Assembly (NCBI GenBank): GCA_032718475.1
Contig: JAUCBJ010005941.1
Location: forward strand, 1-33,518
Reading direction: 5' to 3'
Length of the DNA stretch: 33,518 nt
Source of the DNA: Nemertoderma westbladi
Taxonomy: Eukaryota; Animalia; Xenacoelomorpha
Shown piece by piece: positions 33,015 through 33,518 of this stretch (position 1 is its first letter; every line of letters starts with the position of its first letter). The notes under the pieces were generated by a model. That model was not told where the DNA came from and did no database searches. It was given only the letters and a program-made list of their open reading frames with translations. Made by a program: the position numbers and the translations under genes.

Positions 33015-33518
33015 TTAGAATAAAAATGTCCCAAAAAAGGGCTTTTTTTGAGCCTGTTTGATATAAAAAGGCTCCAGGGCATTTCCGACTAATCTTGTAG
33101 CCTATCTTGTATCTTCTAAAGAAGAAGTATGGAGGAAGGGTATTCTTAACAAGTGTACCAAATTTCAACTCATTTCAGTTAAAATTGGCGGAGAAATAGC
33201 CTTTTTCATGAAAAAACTTCGTTCTGAGATATGGGTGTTTAAGGATTTTAAGGAACAATTCCAACCTTCCCGCTATTTTAGATAATACCATTTTTCTATG
33301 TTCAACAATAACTTTGTCAAAAATGAATGAAATTCAACGAAATTTGTCATGCCTGCTAAACAGTTAACTAGTAAAACAACACAACGTTTTAGCAATTTTA
33401 TTCATATCTGTATCGTGCGCACTTTTTTTATGAAAAGGGCCCCGTACAATTGTAAAATATAGTGCTGCTCGAAGGCTTTTCAAAAATCAGACTAGCTCTT
33501 ACGTTTTGGGTAATAACT
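33015..33518 (-). mobile_element. Non-coding interspersed repeat, same family as 11290-11623; runs off the right edge
   Basis: Reverse-complement homology blocks with 11310-11395 and 11460-11620. Confidence 0.75.

Overview
AT-rich eukaryotic (probably invertebrate animal) genomic DNA, mostly made of nested transposable elements. The ORF track misses a candidate minus-strand host gene spanning about 19.4 kb (32258->12821). It has up to 7 exons, all phase 0 with GT-AG sites, giving about 391 aa: Ser/Thr/acidic modules built by exon duplication, a Lys-rich SPKK-type module, a predicted coiled coil and a Pro-rich tail. Mobile elements: (i) a Penelope-like element, probably Neptune-type, with an open RT + GIY-YIG frame, an atypical LVDD catalytic motif and a minimal hammerhead ribozyme at 1863-1904; (ii) an RTE LINE split by a solo LTR that is itself split by a piggyBac-type MITE; (iii) three diverged solo-LTR-like copies that share hairpins with compensatory substitutions; (iv) a deleted piggyBac derivative; (v) CR1-, RTEX- and CRE-type LINE remnants; (vi) four copies of a second RTE family; (vii) long-TIR foldback MITEs and Helentron-like HINEs. 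There is also a 2.2-kb 30-bp minisatellite. No rRNA, tRNA or CRISPR was seen. All family assignments come from motifs read by eye; no database search was run.
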